Under the pieces are notes generated by a model. That model worked only from the letters and a program-made list of their open reading frames with translations. It was not told where the DNA came from and did not search any database. A stretch of DNA of 64,000 nt from contig CAWCTR010000001.1 of NCBI GenBank assembly GCA_963798485.1, forward strand, positions 1-64,000, written 5' to 3'. Both the position numbers and the translations under genes were made by a program. The stretch is from an uncultured delta proteobacterium. Lineage in GTDB: Bacteria > Desulfobacterota > Desulfomonilia > UBA1062. Positions 53,366 to 64,000 of the stretch are shown here, piece by piece. Within the stretch, counting starts at the first letter, position 1; each line of letters begins with the position of its first letter.

Positions 53366-55720
53366 TTACCCAATCATATCATTAACAAGAGAAAGGAGAT
53401 GACGTCCTAGAATACCGTTATCCAGAAATGTTGCTATCTCTTTCCGTAAGTCCTTATCATCAGATATATTGAGTAACCAATCAATGACATTTGTTATGAA
53501 GTGTTTTTCAATTAACTTATGACTTATAAGCAATTCCCATATCCTATCATTATAGGGATTGCCTGGCTTGAATCCAGTCTTATGATGACGATATCGAATG
53601 GTCTGGAATCCATAATCACCTTTGAATTTCTTAAGTGCTCTAGTAAGAGCATCTTCTGCCAAAGCTTTCTTTATTTCTAAACTTATGCCAGTTTTTCTGA
53701 TTTTGTTAAGTTCATACTCAGATTCCTTTGAGCAACTTGGGTCGACAATCTGAATCTCATTTTCATTATCACATGAAATAAATGATAGTGTACCATTGAA
53801 TATGGAATTAATGAACTTGCTTTCAGTTGAAAAGATACAGTTTTTAAACTCTACATCTACAAATGTACAACTTATGAATTCAGTATTACATAAATCATAT
53901 GCTTTCAATTGACCTGTGAATGTCGTTTTACGGAACCTTATGCCATTCTTCGACTGTTCGGCCTTCAGAATAGTAGCCAATCGCTTTATACGTTCCTGCT
54001 TGTCTTCACCTAGTACGAGCCTGCTGGCGAGATGAAAAAGAGCCATTGATGATGCTTTTTGGATATCACTGAATTCAAAATTTTGTTTGTCAGAGATGAT
54101 ATCCATTGCATGATGCATTGCAGAAAGTAGCCTGACTTCATCAAGAGCTCGCAATTGACGAATCAGCCAATCAAGTACTTGTGTTTTTCCAGTACTGTTC
54201 TCAGCAAGAAGTCGGGCAATCTTTGATCTATTTGTCTTTCCTGTAGTATTTATTAAACCAAAGGCCAAGAAACGTGCGAGAAAGTATACACAAAGAACCT
54301 CATATCTTGGTCCGAACTTTTCTTTGTCTAGCCGTGCGAGAAAAACATGACTTGTAAACCTCTGTACAACTGATTGGTCTTTTACATCACAGATTATCTC
54401 AAGGAATAACCGCAGATCATCTAATGTAAAAGATTCCGGAAATTCTCTAAAAAGTTCCTCAAATAACTTAAGTTGGACTTGGGGGTCTATCTCAAGTGTT
54501 TGGCGTTTGTTTTCGCGGCGACAAATATCTTCGAGAAGACTCGCAAAAGGATCGGACTTATAGGGATTAGCTTCTGCATCTGGATTATCATGTACATAGC
54601 GTGCTATAAGATCAAGAATAAAAGGTACACCAGATGGTTTGTCTTCATTCAAACCTTCCTGTATGATTTCTTCATACACTCCCCCGCTCACTTGCTTTGA
54701 TATCCTATAAGCAACATCGCGTTCTGAAGGATTAGAAAGGCGTGCGGTAAAGTATCTTTTTCGCTGTCTGTTATCAAAACCTTTAAGTCTGTAAACACTC
54801 AGTGCAGAAGTGTCAATGTCATCCTTAACAGATTCCCAAAAAGTTTCACGTGCAGTTAGGAGAATTCGAGCTTGTGGAGAGTCATCCTCTGGAGTAGCCA
54901 GTTCTATCAATTCTTTTAGGATCTCATCTGGTCGAAATCCTCCACCAGGGACTACACATAATTCATCGAAACCATCAAAGATAACTAGAAAAAGTTCTTC
55001 ACGAACTAAAACTCTTAATGCTGTTTCGTTACCCATTAGACGACTAGCATGATCAAAACGCCGAGAAATAGCTCGATCCCATACAGTATTCATTGTTAGA
55101 GCTGCCTGCTGGATTAAATGTCTCCATTGATCTGATTCAACAAGAATGGGAATAACATTTTCATCTTTTGAATGAAGTCGTTGGCACAACATTCGTGCTA
55201 CTGTTGTTTTTCCGACACCACCATTAGCAATCAATACTGATATTCCTGAAGATGTTTCAATACCAGTTCGTCTAAGCATCCATTCAGAGAGAACCTTTGT
55301 AGCTTCGTGTGCGCTTCGGCCATCTGGTAATTCTATATCAGGATCAATAAAATATTCATTTTCTGGTACTGGTTTCCAAGAAAAGTTATTTAGGAAACTA
55401 TCAATTAATAGCTGTTTCGATGTTCTTATGGAAGTAGAGCTAAAAGTTGTTTTTGTTTGAGATAAATTCTTAGCCAGCTTACTGCCAGGCGTAACAATAA
55501 CTTCATAACTCGATCCCTTACTCCATTCTTTCCAAAGTCGAAGGTTTTCTGATGTAGCCTCCTTCATAGGACATTTATGCTTTAAATACAAATATGAACC
55601 CTCAACATTAGACACAGGGGTTCGGTACACAGCTTTCCAAAAATCCCAGTCTTTCGCTTCGTGTATAAGGTCTATTTGGCTTGCCCCAAGTGTGGAGAGT
55701 ATCTCATTGAAATGTTTCAT
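53366..55720 (-). CDS. NACHT/STAND NTPase with C-terminal pentapeptide-like repeats
   Basis: Walker A ANGGVGKTT, Walker B LVIFDGFDE, ILLTARE, GVPFIL; repeats LCNTEFISCTFVDVEFKNCIF; GGAGG RBS; AT-rich. Confidence 0.8.
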   Translation of the reverse strand: MKHFNEILSTLGASQIDLIHEAKDWDFWKAVYRTPVSNVEGSYLYLKHKCPMKEATSENLRLWKEWSKGSSYEVIVTPGSKLAKNLSQTKTTFSSTSIRTSKQLLIDSFLNNFSWKPVPENEYFIDPDIELPDGRSAHEATKVLSEWMLRRTGIETSSGISVLIANGGVGKTTVARMLCQRLHSKDENVIPILVESDQWRHLIQQAALTMNTVWDRAISRRFDHASRLMGNETALRVLVREELFLVIFDGFDELCVVPGGGFRPDEILKELIELATPEDDSPQARILLTARETFWESVKDDIDTSALSVYRLKGFDNRQRKRYFTARLSNPSERDVAYRISKQVSGGVYEEIIQEGLNEDKPSGVPFILDLIARYVHDNPDAEANPYKSDPFASLLEDICRRENKRQTLEIDPQVQLKLFEELFREFPESFTLDDLRLFLEIICDVKDQSVVQRFTSHVFLARLDKEKFGPRYEVLCVYFLARFLAFGLINTTGKTNRSKIARLLAENSTGKTQVLDWLIRQLRALDEVRLLSAMHHAMDIISDKQNFEFSDIQKASSMALFHLASRLVLGEDKQERIKRLATILKAEQSKNGIRFRKTTFTGQLKAYDLCNTEFISCTFVDVEFKNCIFSTESKFINSIFNGTLSFISCDNENEIQIVDPSCSKESEYELNKIRKTGISLEIKKALAEDALTRALKKFKGDYGFQTIRYRHHKTGFKPGNPYNDRIWELLISHKLIEKHFITNVIDWLLNISDDKDLRKEIATFLDNGILGRHLLSLVNDMIG

Positions 55721-56038
55721 TCTATGCCACCTCCTCGTAGTGTAAATTATCGATAGAGAAGAGATGCCTTTGGGGGGTACTCCTCTTTCATGAAATAGAA
55801 TACATTAATCAAGATATTAATATTACACAGGCATATTACATCTTTATATATAAAATGGAAACGATTTATTTGAATTAATGGAGAAATCGGGGAACAGGTT
55901 CTCATTTCCCATCCAATTTATAGCCCCCCGAACTTTGCATATGGAATGCCTCCATATTGTGGTATTACGTGATCACAGATGGATAATTGCATACTTGTCT
56001 TTTCCCAAACCCTGAACCAAGACTAAGCAGGCCGTTGA

Positions 56039-58231
56039 ATGTCTATCGAGCGTAATTTTGATATCCCCCTGATCGCCTCCATGGCGCTCAAGGAGAAACA
56101 GATACAGCAAAATTACCGGCCCATCATCGCCGTGCATAAGTGGTTCGCCCGCAGGCCCGGGACCTTGTTCCGGGGGCTGATCCTGTCCGAATTCAGCAAC
56201 GAACCCTTATCCAAAACCTTCTTCCACGCAAATGACTTTCCCCACAAGACCATTGCTGACCCATTCATGGGTGGCGGTACGCCGTTGATCGAGGCCAACC
56301 GCGTGGGGTGCGACGTGCTCGGATTCGACATCAACCCCATGTCAACTTGGATCGTACGCGAAGAGATCGAACACCTTGACCTCAATGCCTATGGCATTGC
56401 TGCACGGGCATTGATCTCGGACCTGGACAAGGAGATCGGCGGTCTCTACCGTACCGACTGCCACATCTATGGGGACAAAGACGTGCCGGTGAAGTACTTC
56501 CTCTGGGTAAAGGTTCTTCGCTGTGAGAAATGCGGGAAAGACATGGACCTCTTCCCCGGATACCTTCTTGCACAGAACCGGCGGCACCCCCGCAATGTTC
56601 TTATCTGCTCACAGTGCGGGGACCTCAATGAGATAGAGGACCTGCATTCCCTGGGGCAATGCACGTTATGCAGTGAACCGCTGAAGCTGGAAGGGCCTGC
56701 CAAAAAAAACCGGTGCACATGCCCGCACTGCGGCCATACGAATACATACACCCGGCCTGCGGACGGTCCGCCTCGGCACCGGCTATTTCGCCTTGGAATA
56801 CCACAATGCCCGGCGCAAGGCCGTCCATATTGGCAGGTTCTTTAAGAAACCCGATGCCCAGGATCTGGCCCGGTTCGACACTGCCGGGCAAAGATGGCGA
56901 TCCCTCGAACCTTTATTTGTCCCTGACCAGAACATCCTTGCCGGCGATGAGTCCGACCGGCTCCACCGCTGGGGCTACGGCAGATACCGGGACTTGTTCA
57001 ACGAACGCCAGCTCCTGGGCCTTGAGCTCAGCTGCCGCCTCATCGCCGCCAATACAAACGAACGTGTTGGCAGGCACTGGCAACGAACCTCTCGGACCTG
57101 CTGCGGTACCAAAACATGCTGTGCCGTTATGATGCAATGGCGTTGAAATCGCTGGACATCTTTTCCGTGCATGGATTCCCGGTGGGCCTGGTCCAGTGCG
57201 AATCCAACATGATCGGGATCATCAACGGCTCTGGTGCACCGGTGGGTTCCGGTGGCTGGAAGAACATCATAGAAAAGTATACAAGGGCAAAGAAATACTG
57301 TGACATGCCCTTTGAGACCCGGCAGGTAAACGGACGCAAGGTGATACTGCCTATCAAGGGTGAATGGATCGGCGAGCAGCAAAACGGCGGCCCCAAGAGA
57401 AAGATTGCGATCAAGTGCATCAGTTCGACCATGGCAGAGATCCCGGAGCAGAGCCTGGATGCAGTATTCACCGATCCACCCTATTTCGGGAATGTTCAAT
57501 ATGCCGAGCTGATGGACTTCTGCTATGTATGGCTGAGACGCCTTGTGGGAAACGGACCGGATGGTTTTGACCAGGAGTCAACGCGGTCCAAGGACGAGCT
57601 GACCGGAAACGAGACACAAAAGCGCGGCATCGAGCATTTCACTCAAGGATTATCATCGGTGTATCAACGCATGGCCCTTGCCCTGAAACCTGGCGCACCG
57701 CTTGCCTTCACCTTCCATCACAACAAGATGGAGGCATACCATGCAGTGGGTGTGGCCATCCTCGATGCAGGGCTCGTGTGCTCGGCCACCTTGCCATGCC
57801 CGGCTGAAATGGGAGGGTCGATCCATATCCACGGCACCGGCTCTTCCATTATCGACACGGTCTTTGTTTGCCGTGCACATGGCACTGTCAACCGCAAAAA
57901 TCTCTTTCAGACTTCCGCTGAACTTGTCGAGTTGGTCCGTGGTGAGATTGAACAACTGAGCGCTGCCGGAATGACACCGACTGCCGGTGATATCCGCTGT
58001 ATCGTGTATGGACACTTCACCCGCATGGGTATTTGGAACCTCCGCACGAACTGGGACCCGGCAGTGCCGATTGCAAAACGCCTGAAGATTTTTACTCATG
58101 CTGTCTCCCACATGGGAGACCTCCAGGATATTATCCACCAAATTACCATGAAGCCTTTCGAATCCAATTTGCGTATAGCTGAACCACACCAGCTCTACGG
58201 ATGTGAGGACTGTGATGCCGTTTCCTTTTGA
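56039..58231 (+). CDS. DUF1156-type Zn-ribbon amino-DNA methyltransferase; two frameshifts (about 56790 and 57070)
   Basis: HKWFARRP, motif I DPFMGGGT, CxxC ribbons, motif IV FTDPPY. Confidence 0.85.
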
Positions 58232-59244
58232 AGTGCCCTTCGATCAGGTAGAGGCCGACCCGGATACCTTTGTCGATGAAGTCTTCGCTACCCTTAGCTC
58301 GGACTTCCTCACCATGCCCCGGGGAAAAGGTTTTGTTGAATACCCGGTCTTCGAACAGGGTTATGAGGAACTGAAACGGGTGACCAAAGGATTCAGGAAT
58401 CTGAGCGTTGGGACAATCGTTGAGACCGTATCCAGGATGCCTATAACCCTTGTCGTGCTGCGGGCCATGCTTGGCTTCACCCCTCCTGAGTGGGCCTATA
58501 TTACGACAGAGCAGACATCGGTTGAGGTTCCGCAGGGCGCAGTCCGCACCCTTGACCGCAACGTGAGGATGAAACCTTTTACCCCGATGCGCATGAACAG
58601 CGGTGTAACCGGGCAGCGTATCCACGCCTTGTTGAGACTGCCTGAAGCTCTTGGCTGAAGCTGTGCCACACACACCGGGTGTGCTCCACCGCCTTGACAA
58701 GGCAGATACACGGCAGGGACTCAAGAGCCTGCAACCGCTGGTAGACCTAGGTGTGCCCTATGCCATGGTGTTGTATGAACGTTTTCTCGGCAGACCTTTT
58801 GCCGGACATCGCGATAGTGTCTCCGAACTGGTCGGAGATGTACTTGAAGCAGCCATTGAGGCGGCCCTATCTGCAGCGGGCATCAGCTTCCGCAAGACAA
58901 AGCGGGCGGAAAGGGTGAACGGGTTTGACCAGGCGCCGGACTTCATCATCCCGGATGAGTTCAACCCGCAGGTCGTCATCGAGGCAAAGATAACCGAAGA
59001 TGACGGTACGGCCCGCGATAAGGTAACCCGTATACTGCGACTTGCCACTTTCAGCACCCAAGGCCTTCCACCAAACGAGCCGCCACGCTATGAGGTTATT
59101 GCCTGTATCGCAGGACGCGGATTCAAGGTGCGCCGGGAGGACATGAAGAGAATAATCCTGGCTACCCGCGGCAAGGTGTTCACCCTGGCGAACATCGAAA
59201 AGTTGATTGCGTGCAGCCGCTTGGCAGAGTTCAGGACGAGGTAG
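58215..59244 (+). CDS. putative type II restriction endonuclease; frameshift near 58640
   Basis: QAPDFIIP..VVIEAK (PD-(D/E)xK) and DDGTARDK; overlaps the end of the methylase. Confidence 0.7.
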
Positions 59245-59249
59245 GGTTC

Positions 59250-59564
59250 AGCAATATTCTTCATGGCCTCCCTCAGTCCGATGTTGTCACGATGAAAATG
59301 GTTTTCCCCCCGGTACCGGTAACGGAGCAGCCCTTGTGCATTGAATTTGTCATCATAGGGACCTTCGGGTGTGGTGGTTATGGTGAGCGGATAGTCAAGA
59401 CCCTTAGGCCTGAAGATGCCCTGCGGGGATACCAGGGGAATCCTCCGGCCGGAAAAGACAAAACCTTCTGCAAGCAGCCGCCGAGGGAGCACATCCCCGT
59501 GGAGGGCGACCTGCCCTTTCAGCCAGTCAAAGGCCGCTATGCGTATCTCATGGTCCAGCGACAT
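59250..59564 (-). pseudogene. N-terminal fragment of an SRA-like/HNH endonuclease
   Basis: RIAAFDWL, PQGIFRP, GPYDD, YRYRG..HRDNIGLREAM; no HNH half, ORF runs antisense into the REase. Confidence 0.6.
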
Positions 59565-59729
59565 GGGAGGGCTTCAATCCATCAACATGCATCACAAATC
59601 CAGGACAATGACTTTCACTTCTTATTAAATTGCCAGTAATTGATATATTTATTTACCAGGAAAGGACATGGTCTGTCAAAGAGGGCAATAATAATCGAGG
59701 GCAGATTATGCAGCCTTGCTTATTGGGTG

Positions 59730-59760
59730 TTGATTTATAATTAATATTTAATTATATATT
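59730..59760 (+). promoter_or_regulatory. brnTA promoter with palindromic operator
   Basis: TTGATT -35; TATAATTAA-TAT-TTAATTATA palindrome over the spacer and -10; ATG follows with no SD. Confidence 0.55.
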
Positions 59761-59764
59761 CATT

Positions 59765-60052
59765 ATGATCGGTTTTTCCTGGGACCACCGGAAAAATGCT
59801 GCCAACGCACAGAAGCATGGTGTGACCTTTGAAGAAGCCAAGACAGTGTTCTACGACGAGCATGCCCTCAGATACTATGACCCGGATCATTCAGAGGATG
59901 AAGACCGGTTCATCATGCTGGGGCTCAGCATACACTTGCGGACATTGGTGGTGCACCACAGTTATAGACAGGAAGATTCGGTCATCAGGATCATATCGGC
60001 AAGGAAGGCCACTGCATCCGAGGAAGAAGCCTACTGGAAGGAGCGACCATGA
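59765..60052 (+). CDS. brnT: BrnT family toxin
   Basis: FSWDHRKNAANAQKHGVTFEEA, DPDHSEDEDRF, IRIISARKAT. Confidence 0.9.
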   Translation: MIGFSWDHRKNAANAQKHGVTFEEAKTVFYDEHALRYYDPDHSEDEDRFIMLGLSIHLRTLVVHHSYRQEDSVIRIISARKATASEEEAYWKERP

Positions 60053-60279
60053 GAAAAGAATACGATTTCAGCAAAATGAAAGCCCAGAAGAACCCGTACA
60101 TCAAGGAGTTGAAGACCCAGATAACCATACGCCTTGATAGAGAAACCGTGGAGTATTTCAAGGCTCTGGCCAAGAAGACCGGCATGTCCTACCAGAACCT
60201 GATAAACATATTCCTGAGGGAATGCGCCCAGGCAAAGATGGAGCCCACCATCAAGTTTCACCCCAGGACAGGGACGTGA
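60049..60279 (+). CDS. brnA: BrnA/CopG family antitoxin
   Basis: MRKEYDFS, ITIRLDRETVEYFK, SYQNLINIFLR; ATGA overlap. Confidence 0.88.
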   Translation: MRKEYDFSKMKAQKNPYIKELKTQITIRLDRETVEYFKALAKKTGMSYQNLINIFLRECAQAKMEPTIKFHPRTGT

Positions 60280-60557
60280 CCTCGAAAACAGGGCGGCCAA
60301 TATTACAACGGCTGTTGCCCGCATGGAACATGGGAACCTGTCCCATACGAAACCAATTGGACATGGGGTTTATGAGAACAAGGTCGACTTTGGACCGGGG
60401 TAATCGGGTCTATTTCGCCAATGATGGGGAAAGGGTTATTATCCTTCTCGGCGGTGGGTCGAAAAAGGGACAGAGCAGGGACATCAGACGCGCACAGGAA
60501 TACTGGAAAGACTATAAGCAGCGCAAACACAGGAGCAAACACCATGGCATTGACTAA
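60278..60557 (+). pseudogene. 5'-truncated, frameshifted RelE/HigB-like addiction-module killer
   Basis: ARMEHGNL..KPIGHGVYENKVDFGPG / RVYFANDGERVIILLGGGSKKGQSRDI. Confidence 0.7.
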
Positions 60558-60880
60558 ATCATTCCGTGGGACCGTGCAGAAGAGGGTCAAGAACGACCCT
60601 GCATTCGGGAAGCGCACCTGCTCGAGGAAGCCCTGAACTGTTTCCTGGCAGGAGATATCGATCCGCCGGGGAAGAACCTCCTTCGGGATTATCTGAATGC
60701 CACTGAATCAACACACATCATAGCCGATACAATCCAGACAAAGGTCAAAAGCCTTCAAAGAGATGGTCGGCCCGAAGGGTAATCCCACGCTCAAGAGACC
60801 TGTTCGCTCATTTTCAATGCATATACGATCAACGAAGGGATAAAAGTGTGCGGCGCAATCCGGTCAGCCCCTGCCGCTTA
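60544..60880 (+). pseudogene. degenerate addiction-module antidote (HTH)
   Basis: MALTKSFRGTVQKRVKNDPAF, then frameshifted LLRDYLNAT and GPKGNPTL. Confidence 0.6.
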
Positions 60881-61086
60881 GGCAGCCGGGACGAATGCAA
60901 GGAAAAGCCTGACAGCCCATCATGCGGAGGGAGATAGGGGAAGATCGCCACCGCCACCGGTCGAGATCGACCAGCAGTCTACCAAAGTGCGAAGACGATG
61001 TTTCTTATATTCAAAGCCGGTTCAGCAGTCCTCTCTGAAGGGAAATATCGAGAAATTTGTCCTCTTTCTCTCTTATGATCCGCCCT

Positions 61087-61932
61087 TCAATCCTCCCTAT
61101 AGGGCGCATGTTGATGATACAAACCGGGGTGGTAATGTTCAGGGGGGTTGCCGTGCTCATCGCGGGGCAGGATCGGATCCCGCAGTCGTTTGATGGATAT
61201 GGCCTTCTCGGGGCAGGCATAGAAACACAGCCCGCAGCCGAAGCAGTTCCCCTCGGTCCTGCTCCTGCCGTCCACGCTCCTGCGGGCCGAGAAGGGGCAT
61301 ACCTCGATGCATTTCCCGCAGGCCTTGCACCTTTCAGAATCGGTCACCGCCATGAAGTAGCCGTCGATGAGCGGATAATTCCGTTGCGAGAGCTCGCGGT
61401 TGATGATGTAGGGCACGCAGCCGCACGTGCAGCAGTTGCAGATGACGTATTCGTTGTAGAGATTGATCGGGCAGTAGATAAAGACCATGTGGAACATGCC
61501 GAGCTCGTGGGTCTGCTTCACAATGGCCTTGGCCTCTTCCTTTGAGATCCGGCGGTACTGGCTGGGAAAGGCCTTCATCCAGGCATCATACCCGGTGCGC
61601 ATGACGATATCGGTCTCAAGGGGGTGGGGGCACGACCTGTGGCCCATCCGGCAGCGGCACGGGCCCACCGCGATGGGTCCTGTCAGGCCATCGATCATGG
61701 CGAGCACCTCGTCAAAAGGCATGGGCCGGGCGGTATCTCCCAGGTAGCCTAAGGGCCGGGCAAGCAGGAACCCCGCCACGGCACGGAACCAGCCGATCCG
61801 GCCGATCCACTTGAACTTTCCCCTAAGGAGGTGGAAACAGATCTTCAGGAGAGGGACCTCGACAAAGGCGAAGATATAGAGCGTAAAGCGCCTGAAGCGG
61901 CTCTGCTCTGCCGTGATGCCGTGGACGAGCAT
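61087..61932 (-). CDS. 4Fe-4S binding protein
   Basis: GPCRCR, ICNCCTCGC, CKACGKCIEVCPF, CFGCGLCFYACP. Confidence 0.8.
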   Translation of the reverse strand: MLVHGITAEQSRFRRFTLYIFAFVEVPLLKICFHLLRGKFKWIGRIGWFRAVAGFLLARPLGYLGDTARPMPFDEVLAMIDGLTGPIAVGPCRCRMGHRSCPHPLETDIVMRTGYDAWMKAFPSQYRRISKEEAKAIVKQTHELGMFHMVFIYCPINLYNEYVICNCCTCGCVPYIINRELSQRNYPLIDGYFMAVTDSERCKACGKCIEVCPFSARRSVDGRSRTEGNCFGCGLCFYACPEKAISIKRLRDPILPRDEHGNPPEHYHPGLYHQHAPYRED

Positions 61933-61938
61933 GCAGGT

Positions 61939-63277
61939 CTACTCGACCTTCCGGGCTTTGGAGAACAGGCCCTTCGCCTGTATCACGCCCTTGAAGAATC
62001 TGAGGAGAACCGGCCGCAGGAACTTTGCCGCGATGAGAGGCTCCAGTGGCTTGAGCAGGGCAATGCGGTCTTTCCACTGCGGGAACTGATTCGGGTTCAT
62101 GGCGATCGGCTCCAGCCACATGCGCCCGCGAAAGCGGCCCATGTATGAGGCGCACTTGTACAGGGCCGTTGCCGTGATGAAGTCATCGGCCCGTTCCTGC
62201 TCCCTCGCAACAGGCTGCTCGCCCGTTGCCGTCTGCAGCAGTTCCAGGAAATAGTGCAGAGGCTGTGAATCGGGCCACAGGCGCTTGGCCGTGGAGAGCA
62301 TGTGCGTGCAGCCGGTGCAGAAGGTGACGAAGATGTCGGCCCTTGTTGCGAGCCCCTCTTCCACCCTGCGGTGGGCCACCCCTGCCATGCGCTCGACGTC
62401 GAAGGTCGTGCATCCGCAGCCGATGCCGCAGCACAGGGACGTCTTCCGGTTATGCCTCATCTCCACAGGGGTAAGTCCCAGCATGCTTAAAAGGTCGCGG
62501 GCCAGGTCGTAAAACTTGTCACCATAAGGCCTGAAGAAACAAGGATCGTGTATCGCAGCGGTCCCTGAAAGACTGTTCGTTATCTTGATTTTCCCGGAGT
62601 CGATCCTTTCACGCAGCACCTCCAGCAGGTGCACCACTTCGAAGCCATGATCCACTCCCAGCTTCTCGGGGTGGAATCTGCCGAACATGTAGTTACATCC
62701 GGCGCAGAAGGTGACCATTCGCTGGAGCCCCATCTTCTTGAAATGGGATCTGGAGGCGCACGGCGATCTCTTTCGTCGTGTCCATGAAGCCTATCTGGTA
62801 GTAATAGGTCCCGCAGCAGAGCTTCTGGCTGCCGTGGATCTTCATCCCATCGAGCAGCTTCGTCTGCGTGATGAAGGGCAACAGAGAGGTGTTGCAACCA
62901 GGGAAAAGGATCTCATCGGCCCGGCAAGGGATCTCCCACTCATCGAGCAGCTTCTTCTCGTCTGCAGGGAAACGCGCCTGGACGTAACTCCACAGGTTCG
63001 GCTGCTGATAGGGAAGAAGCACTCCACCCTTTTTCGGCAGCCCGGTAGCCCGGTATCTCTTCTCCAAGAGGCCCAATATCAGGTCGTACGGGTCGTTCCC
63101 CTGCGGGCATAATTCCGTGCAGGCCAGGCAACTCGCACAGCTCTCCAGAAGCCGTTGCGAGGGCGAACCGTAGATCGCCCGTACTATCTCTTCTTTCGCC
63201 TCGATAAGCGGAAGCTCCATGAAGGGGCATTTATGAAGACAGATGCCGCATCGTGTGCATGCCTGCTCGTCAAACAT
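61939..63277 (-). CDS. Fe-S oxidoreductase with CCG domains (HdrD/GlpC-like); frameshift near 62730
   Basis: CTRCGICLHKCP, CASCLACTELCP, FPGC, LCCG, HDPC, LCCGIG, TFCTGC. Confidence 0.8.
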
Positions 63278-63491
63278 CCGTCGCCTCCTTGTTCAGTTGC
63301 ATCCATCTTATAAAAAGGAGACCTCCATGACAAGGAAAGTCAAGGGAAAACGGAGATTTCCCTTTTATCATCACGGATGCCCCGAGTTCCGTTGAGTTCT
63401 ATTTGAATAAATGAATAAATCGGGTCATAGACGATTCTCTCTTTCACCGACACAGACCTTATTTATATCAATGCCCTTGCATTCCCCAGCA

Positions 63492-64000
63492 TCATCCCCT
63501 CGACACCTTGTACCGGTAGTACGCGCTCATCCTCGCATACGCCCGCAGCGCCCTCTCCGGTGTGGAATAGACAGGGATTCCGTGCTCATGCAGGGGCTTG
63601 AGCAGATTCTCCTGGTCGATCTGGACAAATCCGGGATATGCAATGGCGATCACATGTTTGTCCGAACGCTCCTTAGCCCGGATAAGCCCCTGGATGTAGT
63701 CCGCACTCATGTCTGACGATGCCCCGCCCCCGAGCATGACTACGGCATCCACCCCCGGGTCGTCCAGGATGATTTCAAGGGCCCCCTGATAAAGCCTGAG
63801 GTCGAAGGATGCGCTGAGTCCCACATCGATGGGGTTTGCCGGGGATGTCCCGGTGGGCGGGAGCAGTTCCTTGAGCCTGCGGATACTCTCTTTCCCGGGA
63901 ACCGCCATGGAAAGACCGTTCCTTTCCACTGCATCGGCAGCGGATACCGCAGGCCCGCCCGGCCCGGACACGATGGCCACCCTGCCGGACCCTACAGACA
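63492..64000 (-). CDS. acyl-CoA synthetase (NDP-forming) alpha-type protein, 5' partial
   Basis: VSGPGGPAV.AAD, NPIDV, DPGVDAV, GIPVYSTPERA; runs off the window edge. Confidence 0.8.
   Translation of the reverse strand, partial: SVGSGRVAIVSGPGGPAVSAADAVERNGLSMAVPGKESIRRLKELLPPTGTSPANPIDVGLSASFDLRLYQGALEIILDDPGVDAVVMLGGGASSDMSADYIQGLIRAKERSDKHVIAIAYPGFVQIDQENLLKPLHEHGIPVYSTPERALRAYARMSAYYRYKVSRG

Noticed and set aside
48900-60300. Integron cassette array
   Set aside because: No paired RYYYAAC..GTTRRRY attC sites after the genes (only a lone ATCTAAC near 53225) and no intI

Overview
Bacterial chromosomal segment, most consistent with an anaerobic deltaproteobacterium (Fe-S/CCG proteins, multi-PAS kinases, 2-hydroxyacyl-CoA dehydratase); this taxonomy is inferred. 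Bases 1-37.3 kb are mostly housekeeping and signalling genes: sodB, leuB, motAB, ruvCAB, yebC, pfk, nnr, PilZ/CBS/PAS proteins, a DUF2844-DUF3443 pair and two internally deleted gene relics. At 37.4-47.2 kb lies a recC-recB-recD cluster. A small DUF559 endonuclease gene sits between recB and recD on the opposite strand, bracketed by inverted GC-rich hairpin repeats. Copies of the same repeat, plus a nested palindrome of a second family, are inserted in frame in RecB (about 120 aa) and RecC (about 40 aa). This candidate nuclease-plus-palindrome mobile system is the top finding. Bases 47.2-61 kb form a defence-like island with an AT-rich core: a DUF4143 ATPase, a DUF433 antitoxin, an uncharacterised PRTase plus cyclase-like locus hit by IS200, a NACHT/STAND ATPase, a DUF1156 methylase with a PD-(D/E)xK nuclease, BrnTA and several truncated modules, partly delimited by a third (GGGGAC...GTCCCC) repeat family. 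Many single-base frameshifts beyond 36 kb are probably sequencing errors. All family calls come from reading motifs by eye; no database search was run.
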